A DNA stretch of 64,000 nucleotides from Desulfatiglandales bacterium (GCA_963662465.1 OY759599.1:736001-800000), one strand, 5' to 3'; positions 48,701 to 58,477 are shown, numbered from the stretch's first letter. The notes: generated by a model not told the origin, from the sequence alone. Numbers and translations are program-made.

Positions 48701-50141
48701 TTCCTTTGTTGATGCTGAAATCGGTCCACATCCCTGGTGTTATACGAACAGCCCAGGGGAAAGGGAGGTCCACCGTCTTCTTAGTTGCTCAATAGAGGAA
48801 TTAATGCGCTTTTCTGTTGAAGGACAGGGTTCCAAGCGATGGTTCACAAAAAAGAGCTACTTTGTTGATCGACGTATCGAGATAGTCAGCCACATCTTAG
48901 AATCCTCCCCTAAAGGGATCGTTGATGCCGCCAAGAAGCAGAGAATAGTGTCCAATCTACGAGGTTTTGCTGAATCTGTCTTTTCGGAATGTATAGGAAT
49001 GCTCATGGGACGCTGGGATCTCCGTTTTGCCTTGGACCCCTCGCTTGTCCCTAAACTCCCAGCCCCCTTTGACCCACTCCCTGTCTGTCCGCCCGGAATG
49101 CTAATCAGCCCCAACGGCCTACCAGCCCAACCCAACCAAATCGTCAGTGAGGAATGGCTCCGCGCTCGCCCAGACGCAAACACCCTCCCACCCGATGGTT
49201 CCGTCCAGAACCCCACCATCCCGGATTCAGAATACCCCATCCGCATCTCCTGGGACAGCATCCTGGTGGACGACCCGGGTTTCAACAACGACCAACTCCA
49301 CCATGAGGACATCATTCGCCGCATCCGAGAAGTCCTGACCGTCCTCTGGAAAGACAAGGCCCAGGACATCGAGCAGGAGGCCTGCGATATCCTGGGTATT
49401 CCAGATCTCCGCACCTACTTCCGCAAAAACTTCTTCCCGGATCACATCAAACGCTACTCCAAAAGCCGCCGAAAAGCCCCCATCTACTGGCAGCTCTCTA
49501 CACCATCAGCATCGTATTCGATCTGGCTCTATTACCATCGGTTCACCAAAGACACCTTCTACCAGATACTCAACGAATTCGTGACTCCCAAACTCCAGTT
49601 TGAAGAACGGGAACTCACCAGCGCCCGCCAGCAATATGGCGCAAATCCCACCGCAACTCAGCGAAAAGAGATTGCGGCCCGGGAAACCTTCGTGGCCGAA
49701 CTCAAAACCTTCAAAGAGGAGGTGGCCCGCATCGCGCCGCTCTGGAATCCCAACCTGAACGACGGCGTCATCATCAACTTCGCCCCCCTGTGGCGACTGG
49801 TCCCTCAGAACCGCTCCTGGCAAAAGGAGTGCAAGAAAGTCTGGGACAAACTGGTCAAGGGTGACTACGACTGGGCGCACCTGGCCATGCACCTGTGGCC
49901 TGAACGGGTGGTCCCCAAATGCACCACGGACCGGAGCCTGGCCATTGCCCATGAACTGGATGAAATCCTCTGGGAGGAAGATGAAAAGGGTAAACGGAAT
50001 CCAAAAGACATTTCAAGAGAGACCCTGGAGAATCTGATTCAGGAACGCACCTCCATCACGGTCAAGGCCGCTTTGGAAGACCTGTTAAAAGCACCTGTCC
50101 CCACCGGCGCGACCCGCAAAAAACGCAAAAGGAAAACCTGA
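45714..50141 (+). CDS. pglX: BREX adenine-specific DNA methyltransferase PglX
   Basis: IGWVYQYF, QFFTPRYVVEFLTDNTLG, DPACGSGHFL (motif I), MNPPF (motif IV), HIKRYSKSRRKAPIYW, PNLNDGVIINFAPL and YDWAHLAM. Confidence 0.93.
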   Translation: MMDKQTRNLIQKATQDARNLLESEFGEQLEGVFDILPNGRIAPEPGKHLNPGQCIIRKKLIAAIEHEKAGGVSDAEAVSNYLREASFTCLNRFAALKMLEARGLVQECVSKGEQSSGFKEFCGLAPGLLELPDKGYRLYIESLFDELSTEIRVLFDRRDLASLLWPGRKAFDGLLDILNREEIAGVWGEDETIGWVYQYFNSGEERKKMRDASAAPRNSRELAVRNQFFTPRYVVEFLTDNTLGRIWYEMRQGDTVLKDECRYLVRRPNEVFLGPGEKAPAEDDGDTDLSQEELLKKTVYIEHRPKKDPRDIKILDPACGSGHFLLYAFDLLERIYEESWGDKELPQPEATGRMLREDYQTLENLRCHIPKLIIEHNLHGIDIDHRAVQIAALSLWMRAQRSWKRMSLNPHERSQINKSNVVTAEPMPGEEDMRRDFTAGLKPRVLGQLVDEIFEKMKLAGEAGALLKIEEEIKDAVAEAKRQWLEVPEPEQQLLFPGVVARKPRQLEFRFDVESVKEESFWNQAEERILKVLKDYAERAENGHTIRRHLFAEDAARGFAFISLRLKRYDVVLMNPPFGEATSLGKAYIDGLCKRSSNDMFQTFVETMLSLTWEGGRVGVLSARTGFFLGNSENWRRDVVFRNRLTCFVDLGLGVLDAALVEVASYIIEHGEPDSRGIFVNRQLSTRDKEPGLIDSIRRIETELNADTFIVEQGIISKVPGCVFAYWAPTHFLNRYESTGLFGEVVSKVHPGLCTGNDFRFVRLGWEAPSTNLGRGYRWQRFSKGGEYSPFFDDIHLAVDMIRKSGAHYYGIPGARFQNIRYYYLQGATYTVRTASAFAAKVLPMDCIFSHNAQSWFVNSSDRCLLSIAFLSCRVPQVFLELAVGSGDIATAGSAARRYTTAVVESVPADPIDQINTTRNKELAHLLFTNRIKEFARLETSCLFVRLFTGYKATGLHESALHATIAMFDEILFALKWSKELDDEVSKAFRMNDEEVSFVDAEIGPHPWCYTNSPGEREVHRLLSCSIEELMRFSVEGQGSKRWFTKKSYFVDRRIEIVSHILESSPKGIVDAAKKQRIVSNLRGFAESVFSECIGMLMGRWDLRFALDPSLVPKLPAPFDPLPVCPPGMLISPNGLPAQPNQIVSEEWLRARPDANTLPPDGSVQNPTIPDSEYPIRISWDSILVDDPGFNNDQLHHEDIIRRIREVLTVLWKDKAQDIEQEACDILGIPDLRTYFRKNFFPDHIKRYSKSRRKAPIYWQLSTPSASYSIWLYYHRFTKDTFYQILNEFVTPKLQFEERELTSARQQYGANPTATQRKEIAARETFVAELKTFKEEVARIAPLWNPNLNDGVIINFAPLWRLVPQNRSWQKECKKVWDKLVKGDYDWAHLAMHLWPERVVPKCTTDRSLAIAHELDEILWEEDEKGKRNPKDISRETLENLIQERTSITVKAALEDLLKAPVPTGATRKKRKRKT

Positions 50142-50142
50142 T

Positions 50143-52680
50143 ATGAACCCGTTTCACCAATACTTGGAAAGGCAACTGACCGAGCGCTTCAAAAAACGCC
50201 CCGTGCTGGTCTGGTATGATCCGAGGAAAGAATTCGAACCGTTTGTGGATGCCCTGCCGACACAAGGCGGTCCGGAAAACGGCATTTACAGGGTGGCCAT
50301 CGGGGACCTGACCGTGTCGCTGGCCCGTTTTGAAGGATCTTTTTTCGGCATCAAGGCCGCGGTGGAACCCCTGGTGGACAAGGACCATCCCGATCCCCTG
50401 CTGCTCTACATCCCCGGAGCATCCCGGGACCGAAAAGGTTCGGTACTCATGGAGCTTGAAAAAGGGGGTGAGTGCTTTGAGTGGCAACTGAAACGGCTGG
50501 CCCGGTTCTGCCTGCTGGAAAAAGGCGATTCGGACGGCATCATCGACAATCTGCTGGCCCCTGAACTCACCTACCAGGACATCGTGGGCTTTCTGACCCG
50601 GGAAACAGGTGAGGTCCCCTCCCTCCTGAAGATGCTCTTTGATGGCGTAAAAGAAAACAGCATTCTCCTGGCACGATGGCTGTGTGACCCCGACATGGAT
50701 AACAAGATCCTTTCAAAAGGGGTGCAAGCGGAATTGTTTCTTCTTTTGTCCTCCCGCCTGGGACTGGAATTGACAAACGTCACTCCCCTGGCGGAGGCCC
50801 GGGAAAAGGTCCTTCGGTACGTTCTGGTAGGCGAATTCCGGGATGACCTTTCCTGCGATGCGCCCCCAACCGTTGCCATGGTTCCGGAATCCCGGAACAA
50901 AGAACAGCTTTCATTGATTCGAAAAACAGCCCTTGCCATGCGTGACAACCATCCCGTTGCCTATGCGACCATCTCCCGTAACATAGAGAAAGATCTAGGA
51001 CTTTCGGCACACACCATCGAACCATCAAACCTGGGCCGGGTGGATACCTTCCCCTTCGAAGAAAAGGCGCTTCTCAAATGGGCGGGGATACTCATTTTGA
51101 AAGGGGAATACCGGCAGGCCCTGACGCTCATCTCAGAACGCCGACGAAGCTTCTGGGCGGATCGAACACTTGAGCGGCAATCCCAGTGGACCGCCTGCCG
51201 ACTCATGGCCCGGCTGGGGGAGCGCATCCAAACGGCCCGAAAGGGGCTTTTAAAAACCGGCCATGCGCCTCCCCAATGGATTGATGCCTACTGCAACCCG
51301 GAGGGATGGCACAGGGTGGACCTGGCTCAGCAGCAGATGGAGGCATGGACCGCTAAAATGACCGTGGACCCGGAGGCCGAAACGGCCCTTGAAAAGGTTC
51401 GGCAGACCTATGAGGATCTGCTTCAGGATATGGCCGTGGGGTTCATGGAGGCCCTGGAGCGTTCGGGATGGATCGTAGCGGATCTGCTTCAGCAGACGGA
51501 CGTACACCCAAAGATGGTGGATGGGGAAAAGACGCCTGTGGCCTATTTTCTGGTAGATGCCATGCGGTTTGCCATGGCCCATGAATTTGTGAAAATGCTC
51601 CCCATGGCAAGCGATGTGACGGTGAAACCGGCCGTAGCCGCCTGGCCTACGATCACCCCAGTCGGCATGGCCGCCTTGCTGCCTGGGGCTTCAGCGGGAT
51701 TTAGCGTGGTGGAATCGGGCGGGAAGCTGGCGGCTCGAATCGATAACACGGCATTACCGGATGTCAGCGCCCGGTTGAAATTTTTGAAAGCCCGGGTTCC
51801 CGGCATGAAGGAAATGCTCCTTGAAAAACTGCTGCAGATGTCCGGCAAAAGGCTTACAGGTGCTGTGTCCGGGGTTCCTCTGTTGGTGGTTCGTTCCCAG
51901 GAAATTGATGCCCTGGGGGAGATGACGGGCGGGCTCATCGCCCGGCAGGTCATGGACACCATGGTGGGAAATGTAGTTCGTGCGGTTCGAAAACTGGCCG
52001 ATTGCGGCATCACCCGGTTCGTGGTCACCGCGGACCATGGTCATTTGTTTACCCGGAAAAAAGAGGACGCCTTCAAGACGGATTCACCGGGTGGAAAAAC
52101 CCTGGAAATCCATCGCCGTTGCTGGATCGGGCAGGGTGGCAGCACACCGGTCGGAACCATTCGGCTTTCCGCATCCCAATTGGGTTACGACAGCGACCTG
52201 GAATTCGTTTTTCCCAGGGGGATCGGCGTATTTAAAAGCGGAGGCGACCTGGGATATCACCATGGGGGCCTGAGTCTGCAGGAAATGATTATTCCGGTCA
52301 TCAGCTTTCGCATGAAACGGGAAAAGCGCATGATGGAACCGGGAAGCATCGTTTTACTTTCGGACGTTCCTGAAAAGCTGGCCAATCGAACATTCGGCAT
52401 CAAGCTGGAAATGGGGGGACTTTTCAACCAAAGCCCCCTCAAGGTTCGGCCCATACTCCTGAGCCGGGATGTGATCGTGGGAAAAGCCGGCATGGCCCTG
52501 GATGGGGATTTTGAACAGGATAGCGGTTGCGTAATTCTTCAACCCGGAAAGAAGGCCGGCGTGGGCATGCTTCTTGAAAATGAAGACTGTAAAACGATCC
52601 GGGTGATGATCCAGGATCCGGCAACGGATGCTGTACTGGCCCAATCCGATGATATCCCCGTTAACTTAGGAACCCAATAA
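50143..52680 (+). CDS. pglZ: PglZ domain alkaline-phosphatase-superfamily protein
   Basis: LVWYDP N-terminus; LVDAMRF, PTITPVGMAALLPG, TADHGH and YHHGGLSLQEMIIP. Confidence 0.93.
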   Translation: MNPFHQYLERQLTERFKKRPVLVWYDPRKEFEPFVDALPTQGGPENGIYRVAIGDLTVSLARFEGSFFGIKAAVEPLVDKDHPDPLLLYIPGASRDRKGSVLMELEKGGECFEWQLKRLARFCLLEKGDSDGIIDNLLAPELTYQDIVGFLTRETGEVPSLLKMLFDGVKENSILLARWLCDPDMDNKILSKGVQAELFLLLSSRLGLELTNVTPLAEAREKVLRYVLVGEFRDDLSCDAPPTVAMVPESRNKEQLSLIRKTALAMRDNHPVAYATISRNIEKDLGLSAHTIEPSNLGRVDTFPFEEKALLKWAGILILKGEYRQALTLISERRRSFWADRTLERQSQWTACRLMARLGERIQTARKGLLKTGHAPPQWIDAYCNPEGWHRVDLAQQQMEAWTAKMTVDPEAETALEKVRQTYEDLLQDMAVGFMEALERSGWIVADLLQQTDVHPKMVDGEKTPVAYFLVDAMRFAMAHEFVKMLPMASDVTVKPAVAAWPTITPVGMAALLPGASAGFSVVESGGKLAARIDNTALPDVSARLKFLKARVPGMKEMLLEKLLQMSGKRLTGAVSGVPLLVVRSQEIDALGEMTGGLIARQVMDTMVGNVVRAVRKLADCGITRFVVTADHGHLFTRKKEDAFKTDSPGGKTLEIHRRCWIGQGGSTPVGTIRLSASQLGYDSDLEFVFPRGIGVFKSGGDLGYHHGGLSLQEMIIPVISFRMKREKRMMEPGSIVLLSDVPEKLANRTFGIKLEMGGLFNQSPLKVRPILLSRDVIVGKAGMALDGDFEQDSGCVILQPGKKAGVGMLLENEDCKTIRVMIQDPATDAVLAQSDDIPVNLGTQ

Positions 52681-54728
52681 TGGAAGAAAAATATACTCAG
52701 ATCCCGGAGCGGGACGCGCTGGACGATAAGATTAACCGCGTCTTTTCCGGACGGGTGGTGCGAAAGGATCTGGTCAGAAAAGTGAAGGTGGGCGCCAATG
52801 TCCCGGTATTTGTGCTGGAATTCCTGTTGGGCAAATACTGTGCGTCATCGGATGAAATGGCCATTCAGATGGGCCTTCAGGTGGTCAATAAAACTTTGGC
52901 GGAAAACTACATCGGTCCGGACGAGTCCACTCGGGCAAAGAGCCTGGTGAAGGAGGAAAACACCCACACCTTTATCGACAAGGTCAAGGTGCGCCTGGTG
53001 GATTCCGACTACTGGGCCGAAGTGGTCAATTTCGGGGACCGGTTTGTGCATGTCCCCTCCCACTACGTGCGGGAATATGACCGACTGCTCATGGGCGGCG
53101 TCTGGTCTCAGGTGGACCTGCGGTTTGATTACGACGAAGAGAGCCGGGGGAAACACCCTTTCTGGATTGACAAGCTGGCCCCTATCCAGATCGCCACCTT
53201 TGACATCAATGACTATTGCAGCTTGCGGACGGAATTTACTTCCGAAGAATGGGTGGATTTGCTGGTGCGGAGCATGGGCTATGAAGCTGGGGAAATGGAC
53301 CGGCGATTGAAGCTGCATTTTCTCATTCGCCTTCTTCCCCTCTGTGAACGCAATTACAACCTGGTAGAGCTGGGACCCCGGGGAACCGGTAAGAGCTTCG
53401 TTATTCAGGAAATTTCTCCCTACTGCGCCCTGTTGACCGGCCCTACCACCGTGGCCAATATGTTTGGGCACATGAGCGGTCGGCACAAGGGAATGGTTTC
53501 CATCTGGGACGTGGTGGGCTTTGACGAGGTAGCCGATCTTCAGAAGATGCCCAAAGAAGTCATCACAACCCTCAAAACCTACTGCGAATCGGGCACCTTC
53601 CAGCGGGGCAAGGACGCGGATTCAGGGAATGCCGGCATCGTCATGTTCGGAAACACCAACCAGCCCATCGACGTCATGGTGCAAACAGGCCATCTCTTCG
53701 CTCCCATGCCGGATGTGATCCGGGACGACATGGCCTTTATCGACCGCATCCATTTCTACCTGCCCGGCTGGGAAATTCCAAAAATGCGGGTGGAGCTGTT
53801 CACCCGACATTACGGCTTTGTGGTGGATTATCTGGCTGAGGCCTTAAGGGCTTTGCGCAAACATAACTTCACCGAGGTTATCGACCAGCATTTCAGCCTT
53901 GGTTCCCACTTAAATGCCCGGGACCGGAAGGCCGTTAGAAAGACAGTATCGGGCCTCATGAAGATCCTCTACCCTAACGGCGAGGCGACCTCTGACGAGC
54001 TGAAGGAAATCACGGAACTGGCCCTTGAAGGCCGCCGAAGAGTTAAAGAACAGCTCAAGAAGATGGGCTCCTTTGAATATTATCACACCTCCTTCAGCTA
54101 CATGGAAAAGGAGACCGGCGAAGAACACTTTGTGGGCACGCCCGAAATGGGCGGTCGGGGCCTCATTTCATCAGACCCCCTGGCCCCGGGAACCGTTTAC
54201 AGCGCCACCGTCAACGCCGAAGGCACGGTGGGCATGTACCGCATCGAGGTGAGTGTATCGCCGGGGACCGGGAAGCTCAAAACTGCGGGTGGAGTTTCCG
54301 GGATTACCAAGGAATCCATCCAGCGTGCCTTTGGCTACCTGGCCGCCACCAAAGGTGAGCTGGGTCTGGCCCGTGAAGTAGACAATTCCGATTTTCATGT
54401 GGAGGTCTTGGATCTCTTGAACAACAAGGTTCAGGGAGAACTGGGGGTGGCCTTTTTCGTGGCCGTTTTTTCCGCCATCCGCAAGAGTCCCGCAACACCG
54501 GCAACCCTGATTATCGGCGACATGAGCATCCAGGGCAACATCAAGCCTGCCCGCTCCCTGGTGGAACCCCTTCAGGTGGCCAAAGACAACGGCGCCAAAC
54601 GCGCGCTCATTCCCATCGAAAACAAACGCAACTTCCTGGATGTGGATGCCGACATCATGGAACACGTGGACCCGGTCTTTTATGGGGAACCGAGGGCGGC
54701 GGCTTTGAAAGCCCTGGCGTTGAGTTAA
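52680..54728 (+). CDS. brxL: BrxL, Lon-related AAA+ protein
   Basis: VVRKDL..KVKVGANVPVFVLEFLLGKYC, ELGPRGTGKS, VGFDEVA, DRIHFYLPGWE, EGRRRVKEQL and a Lon_C-like tail; TAATG coupling to pglZ. Confidence 0.94.
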   Translation: MEEKYTQIPERDALDDKINRVFSGRVVRKDLVRKVKVGANVPVFVLEFLLGKYCASSDEMAIQMGLQVVNKTLAENYIGPDESTRAKSLVKEENTHTFIDKVKVRLVDSDYWAEVVNFGDRFVHVPSHYVREYDRLLMGGVWSQVDLRFDYDEESRGKHPFWIDKLAPIQIATFDINDYCSLRTEFTSEEWVDLLVRSMGYEAGEMDRRLKLHFLIRLLPLCERNYNLVELGPRGTGKSFVIQEISPYCALLTGPTTVANMFGHMSGRHKGMVSIWDVVGFDEVADLQKMPKEVITTLKTYCESGTFQRGKDADSGNAGIVMFGNTNQPIDVMVQTGHLFAPMPDVIRDDMAFIDRIHFYLPGWEIPKMRVELFTRHYGFVVDYLAEALRALRKHNFTEVIDQHFSLGSHLNARDRKAVRKTVSGLMKILYPNGEATSDELKEITELALEGRRRVKEQLKKMGSFEYYHTSFSYMEKETGEEHFVGTPEMGGRGLISSDPLAPGTVYSATVNAEGTVGMYRIEVSVSPGTGKLKTAGGVSGITKESIQRAFGYLAATKGELGLAREVDNSDFHVEVLDLLNNKVQGELGVAFFVAVFSAIRKSPATPATLIIGDMSIQGNIKPARSLVEPLQVAKDNGAKRALIPIENKRNFLDVDADIMEHVDPVFYGEPRAAALKALALS

Positions 54729-54940
54729 TAGGGGCATTATTCTTAAAAAACGACCCGGCTTTAAAAACTGGAGAAGTGATGCACGTTTTATCGAAGGACG
54801 TCATGCCAAGAGCGTAACGCCCTTTTTTTGATTGTTTCAAAGGGTGAATTGGCGTAACCTGAGAACTGTTGAAACATGAAAGATGTGAGACTTGGACTTA
54901 CAGACCTCCCGGAAAACAGTTCGGAATTCCATGATGTGTT

Positions 54941-55216
54941 ATGACTGAAATTCTCAGCATGAAAACCGTCTTTGTTTTTCCCAGCCTCATCGCTTTGATG
55001 CTGTTCGTCTGCATGCTTTATGTGTACCGAAAGGGCAGAACATATCAGGGTTTCAGGCATTGGGCCCTTGCGTCCTTGTTGTATGCGCTTGGCAGCTGTC
55101 TGATTTTATTGCGGAATATTGCCTCCGATCTGGTCAGCATCATAGCGGCCAATATTCTGCTGATCGCCTCCATGTTGATAATCTCCCAGCGGGCTTGTCG
55201 AAATTACGCCAAATAA
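54941..55216 (+). pseudogene. N-terminal TM fragment of a membrane sensor (GGDEF/kinase type), truncated
   Basis: Three hydrophobic helices (RTYQGFRHWA...LSIIAANILL) ending abruptly near 55190. Confidence 0.5.
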
Positions 55217-55312
55217 ATGCTTCATCCAGAATCATCTTCATGTTATAAACTTGAATTTGAGTTTCATGTGTTATCGTTGTATTCATGTGAACAAACTAAG
55301 GGAGGGATAAAT

Positions 55313-55630
55313 ATGGAAAATCCCAGAACGCGAAGTGCCCGAACGGTTTTGCGAGAATGTTTCTGGGGAGATTATCAATTAACCGCCGAAGAACTGCTCC
55401 ACAGGCTGGATAAAAATGATGTTGGATTTGACCGTTTCGTGTTTTCCAAGATTGTGGAAAACAGCGATTATCCTTCTCGGCATATTCGTGTACTGTTTCA
55501 TCCGGACAAATGGCAAAAACTGCTGGATCGTTACATGAAAGCAGGCGGAAATTCAAAAAGACTTCGCCTCGTGGCAGCCAACATGACGGGAGACTACGAT
55601 CTGGCAAAGGAATATGCATGGGGAATTTAG
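55313..55630 (+). CDS. Putative antitoxin partner of the AbiEii-family nucleotidyltransferase
   Basis: GGAGG RBS; 105 aa with CFWGDY motif; overlaps the downstream toxin gene. Confidence 0.6.
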   Translation: MENPRTRSARTVLRECFWGDYQLTAEELLHRLDKNDVGFDRFVFSKIVENSDYPSRHIRVLFHPDKWQKLLDRYMKAGGNSKRLRLVAANMTGDYDLAKEYAWGI

Positions 55631-56259
55631 ACTACCGTATGTTGTACCGCATTCAGGATCGGGTGCTAAAAATTGTTTCAAGTGCTGATACCCACTTTTA
55701 CCTCACTGGAGGCACTTGTTTGAATCGGTTTTATTTTGAAAAGCGGCACTCCGCGGACTTGGATTTTTTCTCCAACGAGAGCAACCTGTTTCGAGAAGAT
55801 GTTCGAATGCTGCTGGATGTGTTCAATGCAAACGATTCTAAATATGAGGTCTTGGTCGATGCCCGGGATTTTGTAAGGCTTTTGATGTCATCTGTACTCA
55901 AAGTCGATGTGGTCAACGACAGGGTTTACCGTTTCGGCAGAAATATCAGAACTCCTGACGGTCTCATCTTGGACAACACCCTGAATATTGCCGCAAACAA
56001 GATATGCGCAGTTCTGGGGCGGGACGAACCCAAGGATGTGTTTGACCTGTATACCTTGTTTTGTCACGCAGGGTTGGACTGGGACAATGTCCTTGCCGTG
56101 TCGAGAAGAAAATGCGCTTTTGAAACGGAAGTTCTCGAATACCGGCTGAGGTCATTTCCCATCCACCTGGTGGATTTTCTGCCGGTTCTGTCACCATCGT
56201 TCCTGAGGGATTTTAAGGCAGGCTATGGTGGAATGGTGGCGGCTATTTGTGCTGTTTAG
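55618..56259 (+). CDS. AbiEii/AbiGii family nucleotidyltransferase toxin
   Basis: FYLTGGTCLNRFY..RHSADLDFF, ANKICAVLGRDEPKDVFDL. Confidence 0.85.
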   Translation: MGNLDYRMLYRIQDRVLKIVSSADTHFYLTGGTCLNRFYFEKRHSADLDFFSNESNLFREDVRMLLDVFNANDSKYEVLVDARDFVRLLMSSVLKVDVVNDRVYRFGRNIRTPDGLILDNTLNIAANKICAVLGRDEPKDVFDLYTLFCHAGLDWDNVLAVSRRKCAFETEVLEYRLRSFPIHLVDFLPVLSPSFLRDFKAGYGGMVAAICAV

Positions 56260-56382
56260 CGGGTGAGCGGCTCAGCATCCATTCTCTTGACCGCCCCGAC
56301 TTGCCAGGTGATTGATCACAACCGTTTTGAACCCATTTTTTTTGCGTTGGTTCGCTTTAAGCCAATTTAAAGGAGCTCGATT

Positions 56383-57354
56383 ATGGCAAAACCGAAGTGT
56401 AAAATTTGTAATGATAAACGCGCCAAAAGAAAATGTTCGGTATACAATGATCAATTCATCTGCCCTTCATGCTGTGCTGATTTGCGCAACGAGGCATGTG
56501 AAGGGTGTCGTTATTACCAGGCCGCAGTCAGATATGAAGGATCGAAAACAGAAGCCAAAACGAAGAAAAAGTTCATCATGGAAATCAATGAGGAGGTTGA
56601 AGACGCTGTTGACGGCGCCATGAAATGGGTGGGGGAAGGGAATTTCAAAAAAGCACGCGGCATACTCCATGATCTCGATAAACAGCACCCCGGGAATCAT
56701 TTAGTCATGTATGGGTTTGGAACGGCGTGCGCTCTCGAAGACAATCTTGAAGATGCCATAGAATATTTTAATAAAGCCATTGAGATTTTTCCCTATTTTG
56801 CTCATGCCTATTACAATCTGGGCGCCGCCTATCAAAAGAAATACGATCTGCGAAAATCCGTTGATTGTATGCAGCGGGTCATTGACATCGGAGGAGATGA
56901 TGAATTGGTTCAGAAGGCACGGGATTTAATCCGATTTCTTGAAAAAATGGTCATGAAAAACTCCAAAATCAGTCTGGATGAATATTTGAAAGCCCAGGAT
57001 TTGTTTGAAGCCGCATTTTCCCATATGGAGAAGGGCCGATGGGAACGGGCTATTCCAGAATTCCGGAAATGTATTAAAATCAATCCGGATCATGCGCAGA
57101 GCTATGGGAATATGGGCCTTTGCCATGCCCAATTGGGTGAGAAATCAAAAGCATTGGCCGCTTTCGACGAGGCATTGAAAATTGACCCCGAATATGAACC
57201 GGCGATTGTCAACAAGACCCATGTAGAAAAAATGCGGGATGGTGAGCCTTCGACCATTCTGCCAATGGAATCCATCGAGTATTATCGGGAGTATCCCCAC
57301 AGGAAGAAGAGTTATATTCAATCTCTTTTGAACAAAGCTGAGGAGGATTCATAG
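56383..57354 (+). CDS. Tetratricopeptide repeat protein with N-terminal Cys-rich (zinc-binding) segment
   Basis: CKIC...C...CPSCC...CEGC, then several TPRs (AYYNLGAAY, SYGNMGLCH). Confidence 0.82.
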   Translation: MAKPKCKICNDKRAKRKCSVYNDQFICPSCCADLRNEACEGCRYYQAAVRYEGSKTEAKTKKKFIMEINEEVEDAVDGAMKWVGEGNFKKARGILHDLDKQHPGNHLVMYGFGTACALEDNLEDAIEYFNKAIEIFPYFAHAYYNLGAAYQKKYDLRKSVDCMQRVIDIGGDDELVQKARDLIRFLEKMVMKNSKISLDEYLKAQDLFEAAFSHMEKGRWERAIPEFRKCIKINPDHAQSYGNMGLCHAQLGEKSKALAAFDEALKIDPEYEPAIVNKTHVEKMRDGEPSTILPMESIEYYREYPHRKKSYIQSLLNKAEEDS

Positions 57355-57382
57355 AAGGGCGTTGCTCTTTTGAAAACACCCG

Positions 57383-58477
57383 CTACCTGAAATACTGCTT
57401 CAATTTCTCAAGATCGTTTCCCACTTCGGCCAGGGCCAGCATCAACAACAGACGCGCTTTGGTTCCCATGAGGTCTCCGGCCAAAATGGCGCCCTTTTCC
57501 GCCAGCATGCCGCCGCCTCCCTTGTCGCCGTAGGCCGGTTCCACCGAGCCGTAATAAACCCGGGTGGATATAATCACCGGAATGTTTTTTGAAAGGGCGT
57601 ACAGAATGGCGTCACAGGTATCCGCATTGACATTGCCCGCGCCCAGGGCGTCAATGACCAGGCCTTTGGCCCCTTTATCCACGGCGTAACGGATGAGATC
57701 CCCATGGTCCCCGGCGAAGGTACTCAGGAACGGTACAGGGGGAAGCGTTGCGGGAAGGGGCAATTTTATTCCGTGAACCCTGTTGTTGAATCGCGTGACC
57801 TTGCCGTTATACACGTAGCCCAGATACCCCTTTTCACCGGATTGAAAGGTCTGCACATTGGTGGTCTGGGTTTTTCTCACCGCTCTTGCCCCATTGATGT
57901 AGGAATTGAGGGTTACGGTAACGCCCATTCCCTGCCCCTCCTTTGACGAAGCCTGCACAACGGCGTTCAGGATATTGCCGGGCCCGTCCGAACAGGGGGC
58001 GGAGGCATCTTTCATGGCCCCGGTAAACACCACCGGCTTGTCGCTGTGAACGGTCAATGACAGGAAGTACGCCCCTTCGGCCATGGTGTCCGTTCCATGG
58101 GTGATCACCACGCCGGCGATATCGGGTCTTTTGATGATGTCGTTCACTTTTCTGCTGAGTTTCAGCCAGATCTCCGGTGTCATCTGTGAGCTGTCAATGT
58201 TCATGAAATTCAAAACACCGATGTTGGCAATCTTGTCTAAACCGGGTACGGCGTTTACCAGTTCATCTCCGGTAAGTGTCGGGACAGACTTGCCGGACTT
58301 GGGATCCTTCTTTTCAGCGATGGTTCCGCCGGTGGTGACGATGGCCACATTCGGCAGTTTCGGATCGGTGACGTGGATCTTGAGATCCGAAGATTCTGCT
58401 GCCCCTGAGAAATGTGGAAAAAAGGACGATAACAAGAGTACGATGATGAATGTGGAAAAAAGTCTTACGGGCTTCAT
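57383..58477 (-). CDS. Exported type II L-asparaginase
   Basis: Signal peptide; TGGTIA, HGTDTM, FTGAM, DGPGN and GAGN motifs. Confidence 0.92.
   Translation of the reverse strand: MKPVRLFSTFIIVLLLSSFFPHFSGAAESSDLKIHVTDPKLPNVAIVTTGGTIAEKKDPKSGKSVPTLTGDELVNAVPGLDKIANIGVLNFMNIDSSQMTPEIWLKLSRKVNDIIKRPDIAGVVITHGTDTMAEGAYFLSLTVHSDKPVVFTGAMKDASAPCSDGPGNILNAVVQASSKEGQGMGVTVTLNSYINGARAVRKTQTTNVQTFQSGEKGYLGYVYNGKVTRFNNRVHGIKLPLPATLPPVPFLSTFAGDHGDLIRYAVDKGAKGLVIDALGAGNVNADTCDAILYALSKNIPVIISTRVYYGSVEPAYGDKGGGGMLAEKGAILAGDLMGTKARLLLMLALAEVGNDLEKLKQYFR

Noticed and set aside
54170..54728. BrxL as an active Lon protease
   Set aside because: No PKDGPSAG-like catalytic serine motif is visible; a degenerate Lon domain is expected for this family
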